A stretch of 64,000 nucleotides of DNA, taken from IMG/VR virus record IMGVR_UViG_3300036766_000194, positions 62,001-126,000 of that record. The stretch is one strand, 5' to 3'. Of this stretch, positions 27,384 to 37,356 are shown in pieces; position 1 is the stretch's first letter, and each line of letters begins with the position of its first letter. A model generated the notes under the pieces. The model was not told the origin of the DNA, did not search any database, and saw only the letters and a program-made list of their open reading frames with translations. A program made the position numbers and the translations under genes.

Positions 27384-29674
27384 GACTGGACCGTCTCCTC
27401 TACGGTCGTAATTCTGATGTTGCTGTTGTTCTCATGTTCATCCATGTTTTTTACATATTCCAGTAGCTTCTCACTCATTCTACTGTTGTGACTATAATAA
27501 GAGTTAAAACTTAGGGTAAGAATAGGGTAATGAGTGTTAACCATCTCATTCCACAAGGCAGAAAAATCTATAGCGTGTTCCACTTTGAATTTTCCTGCCT
27601 GTTTTGCTACGCTCACAACTTCCCACAAATACTCCCCCTCATCACTCCCGTCCTGTTTATTCCACAGAGTTACAAACTGGAACATAGGACTGTTCAAATC
27701 CAGAGTATTTTTCTTGTTAGCATAATCCAAGAAATCTTCAAAATCGTTGTTGAACAGCTTGACCCTGTGGCTGAGTTTCATCTGTTTTTCCGCCGTCATG
27801 ACAATGGGGATCCTCTTCAAAATCTGAGGGATAAGTTCCGTCCACTGACCGTCGCCCATCTTCGGCAACTTTGTACCCTTCTTAATACCGTAAACCGGAG
27901 TATGTTGGGTAAGACCGAAAGCCTTGCTACCCCGGACGACTGAAATGTAGTCCACGAAAGCAGACCCGTTATAAAAAGGAATTTCAGCCACCGGGCAAAG
28001 AGTAGTGAAGTTCTCCACCCACACAAAGTACTTCTCTCCGGAGGGAAGTTCGCTAGAGAAGATTTTCTTCCAAGTCCTGCTCCAGCCTTTACCATATTGA
28101 GAGCGACCGTTGCCGCTCATGACTAAAAGTCCCCGGCGCGGTCCAGTAGCTTGGCCCGGCATACGTTCGTCAAGTTCGGGGTACTTTGCCTTGAGTTCAG
28201 ACATCTTGATGATCGGAACGCCACACATCTTGAGGTAGATGGCTTCAAATTCCTTCATCATATCTTCATGAGAAGAGTTTTTGTCATAGCGGCTGAACAA
28301 GTATACTTTCTTGAACCGATTCACACCACCGTCATCACCCTGGATGAACTGATGAAGATATTTCTCTCCACCAAACTTGATGTCATTGACAACGAAGGCA
28401 ACAGTGGGTTGTACGCTAAACTCTATGTCGTACTTCGTCAAAATGCTCGTGTTCTGGAGGGCCTCCACCTCAATACGCTCACGAACGTCGGGAGCACGCT
28501 TGGTGAAAAGGTTATGCTTCGTGGCCCACTTGGTTCCGCCGCTCTTGGAGAAAACGGAAAGCATCGTGTGGTGATAGTCCAACTCGTTTATGAAGGGAAG
28601 GTCTTTTTCTAAAGTAAAGTTGGAGTACTTCTTGTAGATTTTGCCCTCGTTAATAGCTGACTGAACCACCCCCTGTGTGGATCCGTCCGCCAGCATACTG
28701 AAAATCAAGAGTCGTGCTTCCCACTCCGTTTTGCAGTTTTCAATACGTTCCACGATTTCTTCCATCATCCGGGAGTAAATAGTGGTGAGTTCGGTAAGGA
28801 TAGCATCAATAGTAGTCTCGTCGTTACTGAGCATTTCACGCGATGCGGCAACGGACAATGAACCGATAGGAAAGAAAATGTCCAGAGGTTTTTCACTCAG
28901 TTTACGTTGTTCAGAGGACAGACGGCTGATGTCAAGGTTACCGACAGAGTATTGAACCACACCCATAATAGCGCGGATGCCGCTCGTATGGTGGGTGGGA
29001 GCCAGAGCACGCATACCCCAGCGGTCGGTCTTGATGGAGTAGTTTTGCTGCCGAACTTCAAATCCTTTAACATTAATGTTGGGAAGCGGGTTGAAGAACT
29101 CCAAAGCCACCCGAGCCATGTTCTCAAATTCCCAGCAATCCTGTGACTTGACTGGGAACTGAACTTCGAGACCGTTAACTTCATCGGTCTTATGGCTAGA
29201 CAAACGCTTGACGGAAGGTGTACCGTCGTTCTCAATGTAGGCGGAATAGATGTACTTCTTCCCGTTCCAAAAGGTGGTAACGGTAAAACCATCGGTGTAG
29301 CAAAACGGGGACTTAGACCCCAGACCCATTGCGCCAATCATGGTGTTGTCGTTGTTCTTTGTTGAGGAAAAATAGGTACAATACAAAGTTTCAATCTCTT
29401 CCGGAGCCAGACCAATACCATAGTCTCGGATAGCGAACCAGGGTTCAAAACTCGTGGGCAGGTGAAGGTCGAACGGAACCTCAGCCTTGCCCGCCGCGAT
29501 ATGGGCGTCATAGGCATTACAAGAGAGTTCCCGAACGATAGCGAGAGGTTTGTTGTTATACAGCTTGGAAGACAAAACAGCGAACGCCGCTCCAGAGGCT
29601 TGAATCTGGAACTTTTTAGGGGCGGAATTCGTTCCGCCCGAAATCATGGGTGAGCCTTTGCGAGCGATTTTCAT
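27380..29674 (-). CDS. rIIA: rIIA-like protein (GHKL/HATPase N-terminus)
   Basis: LY.NKPLAIVREL.CNA.DAH, IRDYGIGL, STK, GLGSKSPF.Y and S.SRE.LS; adjacent to rIIB. Confidence 0.88.
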   Translation of the reverse strand: MKIARKGSPMISGGTNSAPKKFQIQASGAAFAVLSSKLYNNKPLAIVRELSCNAYDAHIAAGKAEVPFDLHLPTSFEPWFAIRDYGIGLAPEEIETLYCTYFSSTKNNDNTMIGAMGLGSKSPFCYTDGFTVTTFWNGKKYIYSAYIENDGTPSVKRLSSHKTDEVNGLEVQFPVKSQDCWEFENMARVALEFFNPLPNINVKGFEVRQQNYSIKTDRWGMRALAPTHHTSGIRAIMGVVQYSVGNLDISRLSSEQRKLSEKPLDIFFPIGSLSVAASREMLSNDETTIDAILTELTTIYSRMMEEIVERIENCKTEWEARLLIFSMLADGSTQGVVQSAINEGKIYKKYSNFTLEKDLPFINELDYHHTMLSVFSKSGGTKWATKHNLFTKRAPDVRERIEVEALQNTSILTKYDIEFSVQPTVAFVVNDIKFGGEKYLHQFIQGDDGGVNRFKKVYLFSRYDKNSSHEDMMKEFEAIYLKMCGVPIIKMSELKAKYPELDERMPGQATGPRRGLLVMSGNGRSQYGKGWSRTWKKIFSSELPSGEKYFVWVENFTTLCPVAEIPFYNGSAFVDYISVVRGSKAFGLTQHTPVYGIKKGTKLPKMGDGQWTELIPQILKRIPIVMTAEKQMKLSHRVKLFNNDFEDFLDYANKKNTLDLNSPMFQFVTLWNKQDGSDEGEYLWEVVSVAKQAGKFKVEHAIDFSALWNEMVNTHYPILTLSFNSYYSHNSRMSEKLLEYVKNMDEHENNSNIRITTVEETVQS

Positions 29675-29706
29675 GAGTGCAACGTTCCTCCACTCTTATT
29701 CTACTG
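29672..29706 (-). promoter_or_regulatory. Promoter-RBS cassette before rIIA
   Basis: CAGTAGAATAAGAGTGGAGGAACGTTGCACTCATG. Confidence 0.65.
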
Positions 29707-29723
29707 TAGAGGATGGAAAAAGG

Positions 29724-30044
29724 TTAGTTGTTCTCTGTATCTATATAAACGGTCCAACGGATTTCTCCGTTAATGCTAGGAGCGATGTGAAAGCGTGCAT
29801 CACGGTCCGGACTATGCTTCGCCAAACGACGAAGTTGTCCAATAGCGTGCCCGCGATAACGATGGCTGGATAGACAAACAGAATTCCAGCAGTCAACGGT
29901 TTCGGGAAGCGTCCAATAAGTGCTGTGAAGAGTAACTTTCCAGCTGCCTAAAGAATGCTTAATCTCAATATGTTCGACAGGACTGGAGGAGGAATTGAAA
30001 CCTTCTTTGGCTGCTTCGGCAGGATACTTTTCTCCCATCGTCAT
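29724..30044 (-). CDS. Hypothetical protein
   Basis: Start reassigned to the ATG following the GGAGG cassette. Confidence 0.6.
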   Translation of the reverse strand: MTMGEKYPAEAAKEGFNSSSSPVEHIEIKHSLGSWKVTLHSTYWTLPETVDCWNSVCLSSHRYRGHAIGQLRRLAKHSPDRDARFHIAPSINGEIRWTVYIDTENN

Positions 30045-30069
30045 AACGTTCCTCCAGTTATATTCTACT
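30042..30069 (-). promoter_or_regulatory. Promoter-RBS cassette AGTAGAATATAACTGGAGGAACG
   Basis: 23-nt identity with 37358-37380 on the plus strand. Confidence 0.7.
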
Positions 30070-30162
30070 TTAGATCTCCGGGACGAGGTAGCAGTTTTCA
30101 TTGTAGTATAGAACTTCTAGTATCATACTACAGAAACCTCTTTAAGAAGGAGAGGTATATTT

Positions 30163-30426
30163 ATGGGTATATTTGACAAAATAAACAATGCATTTAATCC
30201 TAGAGGAGTAAGTCGTTCTGGAACTAATATTCGTCTATCCCCTTATCGTAGAGCCTGGCACACCTATTGGACCGAAAATGGGGGAGAAGGCTGGCTCGTA
30301 TTAGGTTCCAAGTCCCGTCGTCGTACTGTGGATGTTGAAGTGCCCTATCTATTCCCCACCCGTGCTATCGCTAGATCGGTAGCAAAATACATGACGCGAA
30401 CTTCTATGGTTCGTCCTCCTCATTGA
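30163..30426 (+). CDS. Basic hypothetical protein
   Basis: AAGGAGAGG RBS; divergent from the rII block. Confidence 0.65.
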   Translation: MGIFDKINNAFNPRGVSRSGTNIRLSPYRRAWHTYWTENGGEGWLVLGSKSRRRTVDVEVPYLFPTRAIARSVAKYMTRTSMVRPPH

Positions 30427-30467
30427 ATTGAAGATTTTGAAGATTAACCTAAAATAAAAACACCCCG

Positions 30468-30482
30468 TAGAATAGGTACATG
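30468..30482 (+). promoter_or_regulatory. Leaderless promoter TAGAAT-N6-ATG
   Basis: TAGAAT AGGTAC ATG. Confidence 0.6.
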
Positions 30483-30731
30483 AATGACCGTGATCGTGTA
30501 CCTAAGATTGAGGACGTAGCAGTGCTAACCCCACTTTGTGAGCGGGGATTAGTGGCTTGTGTTCGTTTACGAGATGCTATTTCCTCTGAACAAGTCACCC
30601 GCCTAGCTGCTGACGCCGCCCGATATGAACTGTGGGACGCGCAACGGGAGTCAGAAACCGCAGGTCGTTTAATCCTTGAAGCGGGCTATCACGATGTTGG
30701 TCACCTTCGTACCCAACTTGGAAAATCATGA
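30480..30731 (+). CDS. Hypothetical protein
   Basis: Leaderless start, ATGA-coupled to the next gene. Confidence 0.6.
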   Translation: MNDRDRVPKIEDVAVLTPLCERGLVACVRLRDAISSEQVTRLAADAARYELWDAQRESETAGRLILEAGYHDVGHLRTQLGKS

Positions 30732-31003
30732 GAGACGTATTCAGTCCCAATATTAATCTAGAAGGCTCTTCCACCACAAGAGTTCGTCCTGCTACTCGGA
30801 GGATTATATCCGAACCTTGTACTGTTGTCATTATTCGTGGTGGTGAGAAACATCCATGTGGATTGGCTTCCCATTACGTCGTGGGTAGTAACAAATTTTG
30901 TTTGGAACATCGGGAAGTGGCATTTGCTGCGGCGAAGCGTTCTACACGAAATCGTGGAGAATTGAGTGAGAGGGAACTTGCCTTGATGGCGATTTGTAAG
31001 TAA
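30728..31003 (+). CDS. Hypothetical zinc-finger-like protein
   Basis: C...HPCG......FCLEH. Confidence 0.6.
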   Translation: MRDVFSPNINLEGSSTTRVRPATRRIISEPCTVVIIRGGEKHPCGLASHYVVGSNKFCLEHREVAFAAAKRSTRNRGELSERELALMAICK

Positions 31004-31051
31004 TAGTCTTTCTTGGAAAAAGCAAGTAGACTAGTGTGAGGAGAAAAATCT

Positions 31052-31291
31052 GTGAAAACTCCATTGCCTGTACAAGTAGGAACAACTCTGGACAGGGATG
31101 CTGACGTTTATTATGTCTGGCGTCGCAACGACGGATATGTTGCTGCTTCTGTTGGTCGTATGCCGACTCGTTGGGTCGGTGATGACGGTTCCGTCACTAC
31201 TTTCGAGGAACTTGGTCAGTATACTGATTGGAATTTGGCGTACCGACGAATTCTTGATGAAAATGCTGCGAGGCCTTATCAAGCATACTGA
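31052..31291 (+). CDS. Hypothetical protein
   Basis: GAGGAG RBS with GTG start; 3' end lies inside a duplication. Confidence 0.55.
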   Translation: MKTPLPVQVGTTLDRDADVYYVWRRNDGYVAASVGRMPTRWVGDDGSVTTFEELGQYTDWNLAYRRILDENAARPYQAY

Positions 31292-31325
31292 TTGGAATTT
31301 GGCGTACCGACGAATTCTTGATGAA
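31221..31325 (+). repeat. 41-nt exact direct repeat (31221-31261 and 31285-31325)
   Basis: ATACTGATTGGAATTTGGCGTACCGACGAATTCTTGATGAA twice, 64-nt period. Confidence 0.9.
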
Positions 31326-31569
31326 CGTGCTGCGTGCTGCGACTGACTCCGGTCATCAAACCTGCTACTGTCCCGATTGCGGTCATCAGTGGTCACAACA
31401 TGAAATCAATGAAAACTGTGTAAAAACCGAAGAGGGTGTTCGTTGCGGTTGACCTTAATATCTTCCCTGTATCTTTGTCATTCTTGCTTTTGTTGTCTTA
31501 TTATCGTGACCCTAGTTTTTAGAGTTCAGATGATTCGTAAATCTATTGAAGATAGGAAAGAAAAGATCT

Positions 31570-32076
31570 ATGAACGTAAAAGTTCTTGACATTGTAAAGT
31601 GGTATAATCCCATCCTTACAATCCCCGCCGAAGCGGTGAGGGATTTCAATGGTGATCTTGCTTCTCTGGCTGAAAATATGATCGCCACTATGAATGCCTA
31701 TAACGGGTTGGGACTGGCCGGACCTCAGGCAGCAGCTTCCCTCAGAATCTTTGTTATGAAAAACAAAAAGGAATCCCTTGTGGCTTGCAACCCTCGTATA
31801 CTCATCCATGGTCCGGAAACTGTTATGGATGAAGGTTGTTTGAGTCTTCCTGGGGTATATAATCAAGTGAGTCGAGGCACCAAGGTTGATATGAAGTATA
31901 CTGATGTCTTGGGTAACGAAAGAGACATCTATTTGGAAGGACTTGAAGCTAGAATTATTCAACATGAAGTTGATCACCTGAATGGCATTCTTTTTGTTGA
32001 TCGCATGTCACGGCAAATGCGCTCCTCCACCCTTCGAGAGTATACTAAGAAATTTCCGCATGCCTCCCAAAAATAA
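31570..32076 (+). CDS. def: Peptide deformylase
   Basis: GLGLAGPQ, EGCLS and QHEVDHLNG motifs. Confidence 0.95.
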   Translation: MNVKVLDIVKWYNPILTIPAEAVRDFNGDLASLAENMIATMNAYNGLGLAGPQAAASLRIFVMKNKKESLVACNPRILIHGPETVMDEGCLSLPGVYNQVSRGTKVDMKYTDVLGNERDIYLEGLEARIIQHEVDHLNGILFVDRMSRQMRSSTLREYTKKFPHASQK

Positions 32077-32476
32077 CGAATATCCTGAACCTATTCCCTG
32101 TAATCATGCCTCGGAAAAGAAAACCCGAGGACTCTGCGAGAACTGCTATCAACGATGGCTCTATTCTGTAAGCGAAAATTTCGTAAGAATCAGAAAATTA
32201 TTCGGAATCGTAACTGGGAAGAAAACGAAGAACGATACAAGGAAACACAACAACGCTACCGCGACAATCTATCACCGTTCTATTTGTAAAAGACCTAATC
32301 AAAGGGATGCGTGTTTTCACATAGACCACGATCACATAACTGGTGTGGTTCGCGGTCTCCTCTGTTTTAATTGTAATGCGGCATTAGGATTGTTTTCTGA
32401 TAACCCCGAATGGCTAAGAATAGCCGCTCTTTATCTAGAAGCCTTCAAAGTAGCTCTTTCTTTCCCACCACAGTAG
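32060..32476 (+). pseudogene. Endonuclease VII-like homing endonuclease, internally damaged
   Basis: HIDHDH.TG.VRGLLC..CN..LG.F.DN intact. The natural-looking middle segment (RKNQKIIRNRNWEENEERYKETQQRY) is in a shifted frame and the YGIT...Q.G.C segment is absent. Confidence 0.65.
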
Positions 32477-32488
32477 AATACTGATATG
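32474..32488 (+). promoter_or_regulatory. Leaderless promoter TAGAAT-N6-ATG
   Basis: TAGAAT ACTGAT ATG. Confidence 0.6.
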
Positions 32489-33334
32489 AAAACTCTCACC
32501 CTCATGATTGGCGAAAGCGGTTCTGGAAAATCTACCATTGCCAAGACCATGCTTGATCGTTATACTCTTCGCGTCAATCGGGATAGTATTCGCAAGATGC
32601 TCTTTGAGACTTGGAACGCCCGGTACGAAAAGATTGTTGAAAAGCTCGAATTTGAGGCGGCAGGGCAGGCGTTAGACGCTGGATTCAATGTCATTGTGGA
32701 TGACCTGAATATCAATTCCAGGACTCGTCAACAGTGGGAAGAGTTTGCCAAGAAAAAGGGAGCAGAGTTCTGTAAATATGAAGTGAATGTCTCCCTTGAC
32801 GAGTGCGTTCGTCGTGATAGCCACCGTGAGGGTAGGGACCGTGTGGGTCGGTCTGTAATCACCAAGCAATTCATCCGTAACGAACGTCCTGAAGTGTTTA
32901 AAAACACCCCTACAGTTTTGGTGGATGTTGACGGTACTCTGGCAGATTGTGAAGGCGTGCGTTCCCCCTATGACGAGTCCCGCGTGGGCGAGGACAAGGT
33001 CCATTGGAACATCGCGAGGATGGTTTGCGAGGAGTCTCGTGAGAATCAAATTATCATCGTTTCTGGCCGTCACGAAGACTGTGGTCCGGACACTGAGGAC
33101 TGGTTGCTCCATAAGGCCAGAGTTCCTTTCCAGGGATTGCTCATGCGTAACCGGGGCGACTTCCTCTCCAGCGACGTCATCGTTAAGGAAAAACTCCTCG
33201 CCATGATATTGAAGTATGTGGACAAGGCGAACATCCGGTTGGTCATTGATGACAGACCCCGCGTAATTCGATTTTGGAGAAGTGTTGGTTTGACCGTTTT
33301 TGCGGCTAGGGGTGAGGATCTTGAAGATTTTTAA
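32486..33334 (+). CDS. pseT: Polynucleotide 5'-kinase/3'-phosphatase (T4 PseT-like)
   Basis: GESGSGKST, VNRDSIR, DVDGTLA (HAD), VSGR and IDDRP. Confidence 0.92.
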   Translation: MKTLTLMIGESGSGKSTIAKTMLDRYTLRVNRDSIRKMLFETWNARYEKIVEKLEFEAAGQALDAGFNVIVDDLNINSRTRQQWEEFAKKKGAEFCKYEVNVSLDECVRRDSHREGRDRVGRSVITKQFIRNERPEVFKNTPTVLVDVDGTLADCEGVRSPYDESRVGEDKVHWNIARMVCEESRENQIIIVSGRHEDCGPDTEDWLLHKARVPFQGLLMRNRGDFLSSDVIVKEKLLAMILKYVDKANIRLVIDDRPRVIRFWRSVGLTVFAARGEDLEDF

Positions 33335-33338
33335 TCAC

Positions 33339-35660
33339 GTGGTCAATGATTTCACAACGACTTATTTGCGCGACATTCTCGATATTGAAAAGCTCGAAGA
33401 ACACGTTACCAATGGTGTCATTCGTTGCCAGGATCACCCGCTCTACCCCCGTCTGACGATATTGAACTACACTGAGAAAGCTCAGTTTGATCGTATTTGG
33501 GACAGCGTAACATCTGTCTGCCGGGGCTTGATTGTTGAGACTTCCCTACAGGTTGGCCCAGTACCGAGTAATCCGTTTGACGGAGCACGGGTCATCGCCC
33601 GTGCCTTCAACAAATTCCACAACCTGAACACAGAATATGTTCCAGAGACGATGGAAGAAAATCTTATCGGTATTCCGGAAGTAACCGATAAGCTGGATGG
33701 GTGTTTTCTAGGAAATACACTTCTCAATCTGTGGGATGGCGGAACAATCACAATTCGTGAGGTAGTTAAAAATCGTCTAAAAGTCAAACTCGTGGGTGCG
33801 GATGTTGCAGGAAGACTTGTCCCCACAGAAATTGTGGACTGGTTTGACAATGGAATTAAGGACCAGTGGCTTCTTTTGACAGTGGATTGTTTACCTTCTT
33901 TGAAATCAGGCTGTAGGACGGGAAACCATATTCCTGTAACACCCAATCACAGAATTCTTTTGAATGGAAGGTACCAACCCGCAGCTTACGCAAAAGTTGG
34001 AGATCTAGTTTCAACTCAGGAACTCCGACCTGATAACGCTGTGTTGGAACTTATAAGGGCAGGCCTCCTGGGAGATGGGTCGTTGTCTAAAAACGGAACA
34101 CATTCTTACTCTTATGGGGAAAATCATAAACAAGAGCACCTAGAGTATGTAAAGGAAATCCGTCTCTGGTTGGGTGAATGTGCCATTCAGGGAAAATCCA
34201 AGGTCTCTGGGCATGGCACCATAATGGAGCAAGCCAACTCTAAAGCCTACACATGGTTAGAAAGGATACGACAACTTTGGTACCCGAATGGAACAAAAGT
34301 TGTTCCTAAGGATTTATCTTGGATGAATAATTTTTGTGTGGCAAAGTGGTACATGGACGACGGTTCTCTTCAACACGATGAAAGACAGAAAGATCGTGCT
34401 CATTTTGCTACCAATGGTTTCAAAAAGAAGGACTGTGAAAGACTAGGTGTCAAGTTGCGTGAATTATATGGTGTAGACTACAGGTTGTCAGAAGATAATC
34501 GTGGAGGTTCAACCTGGTCAGTTAGACTTAACGCCGGAAAGAATGGGGAAATTGACAAGTTTTGGAAAGCAATTGCCGCTCATATAGTACCCTGTTTGCG
34601 ATACAAACTTCCTAAAGAATACAGAAATGTAAAGTATTCAGGTCATACTCCAGGTAAAGAAATACGAGAAAAGAGAGATGTTAAAATTCTTAGGATCTCC
34701 AAACTGACAGGAGACCAGAAAACTGCCACTCACAGCTATTTCCGTTCTGGTTGTAAGGGATTTGACATTAAAACCACTACAGGCAATTATATGGTAAGGG
34801 GTGTATTGGTTCATAATTCTCTAGGTATTGTCTTTCCCTATGACAACCAATGGCACGTAGCTACACGGGGGTCTTTTGACTCTGACCAGGCGCGATGGGC
34901 AACGGCATTCTTGCGCGAGCATTTGAATGTGACGGAACTCCTTCACCCGGATGAGCCGTTTCCGAAGGGCTATACCCCGGTCTGCGAAATTATCTACGCG
35001 GCCAACCGCATTGTCGTTTCCTACGACTTTGAAGGACTCGTGCTGCTTGCCTTTGTTGGTCCTAACGACGCTTATGAGATGCCTCGCGCTATGGCGGAAC
35101 GCGCTGCCGTGTTGGTCGGACTGCCGATCGTAAAGAAATTCAAGAAGACTTTATCCGAATGTGTCAAGGAAAACATTCCCAACACAGAAGGATATGTTCT
35201 TACCTATCCGAATGGGGTGAAAGTAAAGGTGAAGTTTGAGGAGTACGTTCGCCTTCACCGTATACTCACCGGGTTGTCTCCCATTGCTGTCTGGGAGATG
35301 ATGAAGAATAGTCAGGATTCTGAAATTGACCGTCTGCTTGAAGACCCCAAGATTCCCGAAGGATTTAAGACTTGGCTGAAGAAGTGGGACGCTAAGTTGT
35401 CGGAAGATTTCAGTAAGATTGAGGATACTACCTACAAGCTACACACTCTTGTGAAGGAAGCAGGCCTCATTCGGGAGAAATATTCCCGTGAAGAACGTAA
35501 AGCATTAGCCGAATTCATCATTAGGACAGTAGAAGATATAACATACCAGAAGGGGCTTCAGTTTGCTCTCGCCGACGGTAAGTCTATCATCCAGGAAATC
35601 TGGGAGTACATTCGTCCTAACGGTAAGGCTATTGACACTTTCAAAAAGGAAGGCGAATGA
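33339..35660 (+). CDS. rnlA: RNA ligase 1 (T4 Rnl1-like) with an intein
   Basis: LNYT..AQ, CRGLI, RAFNKFHN, KLDG|SLGI, ATRGSF.SDQA, EGYV and VKVKFEEY. Confidence 0.9.
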   Translation: MVNDFTTTYLRDILDIEKLEEHVTNGVIRCQDHPLYPRLTILNYTEKAQFDRIWDSVTSVCRGLIVETSLQVGPVPSNPFDGARVIARAFNKFHNLNTEYVPETMEENLIGIPEVTDKLDGCFLGNTLLNLWDGGTITIREVVKNRLKVKLVGADVAGRLVPTEIVDWFDNGIKDQWLLLTVDCLPSLKSGCRTGNHIPVTPNHRILLNGRYQPAAYAKVGDLVSTQELRPDNAVLELIRAGLLGDGSLSKNGTHSYSYGENHKQEHLEYVKEIRLWLGECAIQGKSKVSGHGTIMEQANSKAYTWLERIRQLWYPNGTKVVPKDLSWMNNFCVAKWYMDDGSLQHDERQKDRAHFATNGFKKKDCERLGVKLRELYGVDYRLSEDNRGGSTWSVRLNAGKNGEIDKFWKAIAAHIVPCLRYKLPKEYRNVKYSGHTPGKEIREKRDVKILRISKLTGDQKTATHSYFRSGCKGFDIKTTTGNYMVRGVLVHNSLGIVFPYDNQWHVATRGSFDSDQARWATAFLREHLNVTELLHPDEPFPKGYTPVCEIIYAANRIVVSYDFEGLVLLAFVGPNDAYEMPRAMAERAAVLVGLPIVKKFKKTLSECVKENIPNTEGYVLTYPNGVKVKVKFEEYVRLHRILTGLSPIAVWEMMKNSQDSEIDRLLEDPKIPEGFKTWLKKWDAKLSEDFSKIEDTTYKLHTLVKEAGLIREKYSREERKALAEFIIRTVEDITYQKGLQFALADGKSIIQEIWEYIRPNGKAIDTFKKEGE
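33702..34817 (+). mobile_element. Class 1 intein (372 aa) with LAGLIDADG endonuclease, inserted in ligase motif I
   Basis: KLDG|CFLGNT ... GLLGDGSL ... WYMDDGS ... VLVHN|S. Confidence 0.92.
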
Positions 35661-35735
35661 TGACGGTAGAAGTGATTGAATCAAATAATATTTGCCCAAA
35701 ATGGCAGAAAGTGAGCAGTAAATAAAACATAATCC

Positions 35736-36257
35736 ATGGAACCCATTTATCTTTTTCACGACCAGGGAGAAGGTCCCGATACACTAGAGAGATTTGAGGA
35801 CCTTCTCAAAAATGCTCTCCCTGAGACAAAGTACATTCGGCCTTATTTACCCCATATTCATCCGGGAGTATCTGCTGAAGATTCTTTTGCTAGAATTTCC
35901 TCTAAGTTCAACTTCCCTGAAAAATCCGTAATTATTGGGGTGGGATTAGGCGGCCTAATTGCTGCCAAATATCAAGAGAATAGACCTGATATGAGAGTTA
36001 TTGCTCTTGCTTCTCCCACTAATGCTCATGGTTTGTCTCTAAAAATTAAGATGGACAACCGTATGGCAATCTATTCATCTAGAGATGAGAAGATCAAGCC
36101 CTACACAAATTGGCCGGAATTCTCCCACCAAGCCTACGAGTATACTCCTTTACTTTTTCACGACGTGGAAAGTAGTCGTTATATGCTCTCCTATTTGATC
36201 AAGATGTATCTTGTAGGAGGGGATGTAGAAAAGGAAATAAATGGGACTCATTCTTGA
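35736..36257 (+). CDS. Alpha/beta-hydrolase (YqiA-like) fold protein lacking the nucleophile Ser
   Basis: IIGVGLGGLIAA where GxSxGG is expected; IYS.RDE and FHD downstream. Confidence 0.55.
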   Translation: MEPIYLFHDQGEGPDTLERFEDLLKNALPETKYIRPYLPHIHPGVSAEDSFARISSKFNFPEKSVIIGVGLGGLIAAKYQENRPDMRVIALASPTNAHGLSLKIKMDNRMAIYSSRDEKIKPYTNWPEFSHQAYEYTPLLFHDVESSRYMLSYLIKMYLVGGDVEKEINGTHS

Positions 36258-36456
36258 TACGGACAGCGAAATTCTAGGAATTGAAATTCGTAGGGAGTCT
36301 GTAAGTCTAGTGGATTTAAAACGAAGCGGTACCGGAGTTCAAACTTCTGATCATATTTTCGTTTATGGCGACGGCGCAATTGAAGTTTCTAAAGAGTGGC
36401 TCAAGGAATTGTTGGGATTTTTTGCCAAGCCAGAAAATGCTCAGTATTTAAAGTAA
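36241..36456 (+). CDS. Hypothetical protein
   Basis: AAGGA RBS, overlaps the upstream gene. Confidence 0.55.
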   Translation: MGLILDTDSEILGIEIRRESVSLVDLKRSGTGVQTSDHIFVYGDGAIEVSKEWLKELLGFFAKPENAQYLK

Positions 36457-36609
36457 CATATGCCTATACCCCGCATCAATACAAAAATCTCAGATTATAG
36501 ACGACGACGGGAAATCTACGAAGCAGAAGAAAGTCTACTAATAGATTTTCCCGATGTTCCATTTGATTTTCAGGTGTCCGGACGAAAATTGAGTTCATGA
36601 GAGGGTTCC

Positions 36610-36849
36610 GTGCCAGGGATTAATGACGATTCTCTTGAAATCCAGGAAATTCATTGTCACAACTGTAATAGATATGTTCAATTTCCTATTGACTTATCCT
36701 TGAATGGTCGTCATGTTCTCAACTGTCCTAACTGTGGGCACGAATATTGTCGCATTGTCAATAGAGGGGTGATATCCGAAGAACGTTGGGACACTCGCGA
36801 CAATGCACTTCCACGTACTAAATATAGGACGCGGTGGGACCTTTTATAG
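36610..36849 (+). CDS. Zinc-ribbon protein
   Basis: HCHNC ... CPNCGHE.CR. Confidence 0.6.
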   Translation: MPGINDDSLEIQEIHCHNCNRYVQFPIDLSLNGRHVLNCPNCGHEYCRIVNRGVISEERWDTRDNALPRTKYRTRWDLL

Positions 36850-36929
36850 TTTTGCTCCCTTTATGATAAAACGAAGCCGAACTATGTCAGTTTTATTGAC
36901 GCGTCCTAGCTTTTTCTATACTTATAAAG

Positions 36930-36944
36930 TAGAATATACCCATG
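36930..36944 (+). promoter_or_regulatory. Leaderless promoter TAGAAT-N6-ATG
   Basis: TAGAAT ATACCC ATG. Confidence 0.55.
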
Positions 36945-37079
36945 GGACACCATCATATTAATGGGAATGTAATGACCGGGATTTATCTTATTCTTTATGG
37001 TGTTGCGGCTATTCTCATTTCGTATTTTGCTGTATGGGTGACCTCCGCAAAGAACGGCAGAAAAAACGGCAGAAAATAG
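36942..37079 (+). CDS. 45-aa single-TM peptide (below the ORF-track cut-off)
   Basis: MGHHHINGNVMTGIYLILYGVAAILISYFAVWVTSAKNGRKNGRK; leaderless promoter at the start. Confidence 0.5.
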   Translation: MGHHHINGNVMTGIYLILYGVAAILISYFAVWVTSAKNGRKNGRK

Positions 37080-37356
37080 TGACTTTCACTCCAAACAAAT
37101 TCACACTCGTCGCCGCGCTGAGAAATTGTTAATAGAATAAAGGATAGTTTGAAACCTTCTCCAACGGTTCAGTGTTCAGTTAACGCAACGTTTTTGAACA
37201 CACAGTAATAGAGTTTCTGAGTGGGAAGTTCCTCATGAAGGTCACGATTTACGAGTTTTATACGACAGCACTGATTACGTGTTTACCTCCACTTGACAAA
37301 AAAGAAGATACTCAGGAAAAATAGAACGAAAAGTATTAGCCTATTACAGTAGTTCC

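Noticed and set aside
31221-31325. DGR template/variable repeat pair
   Set aside because: The copies are identical rather than A-specifically divergent, and no reverse transcriptase is in the window.
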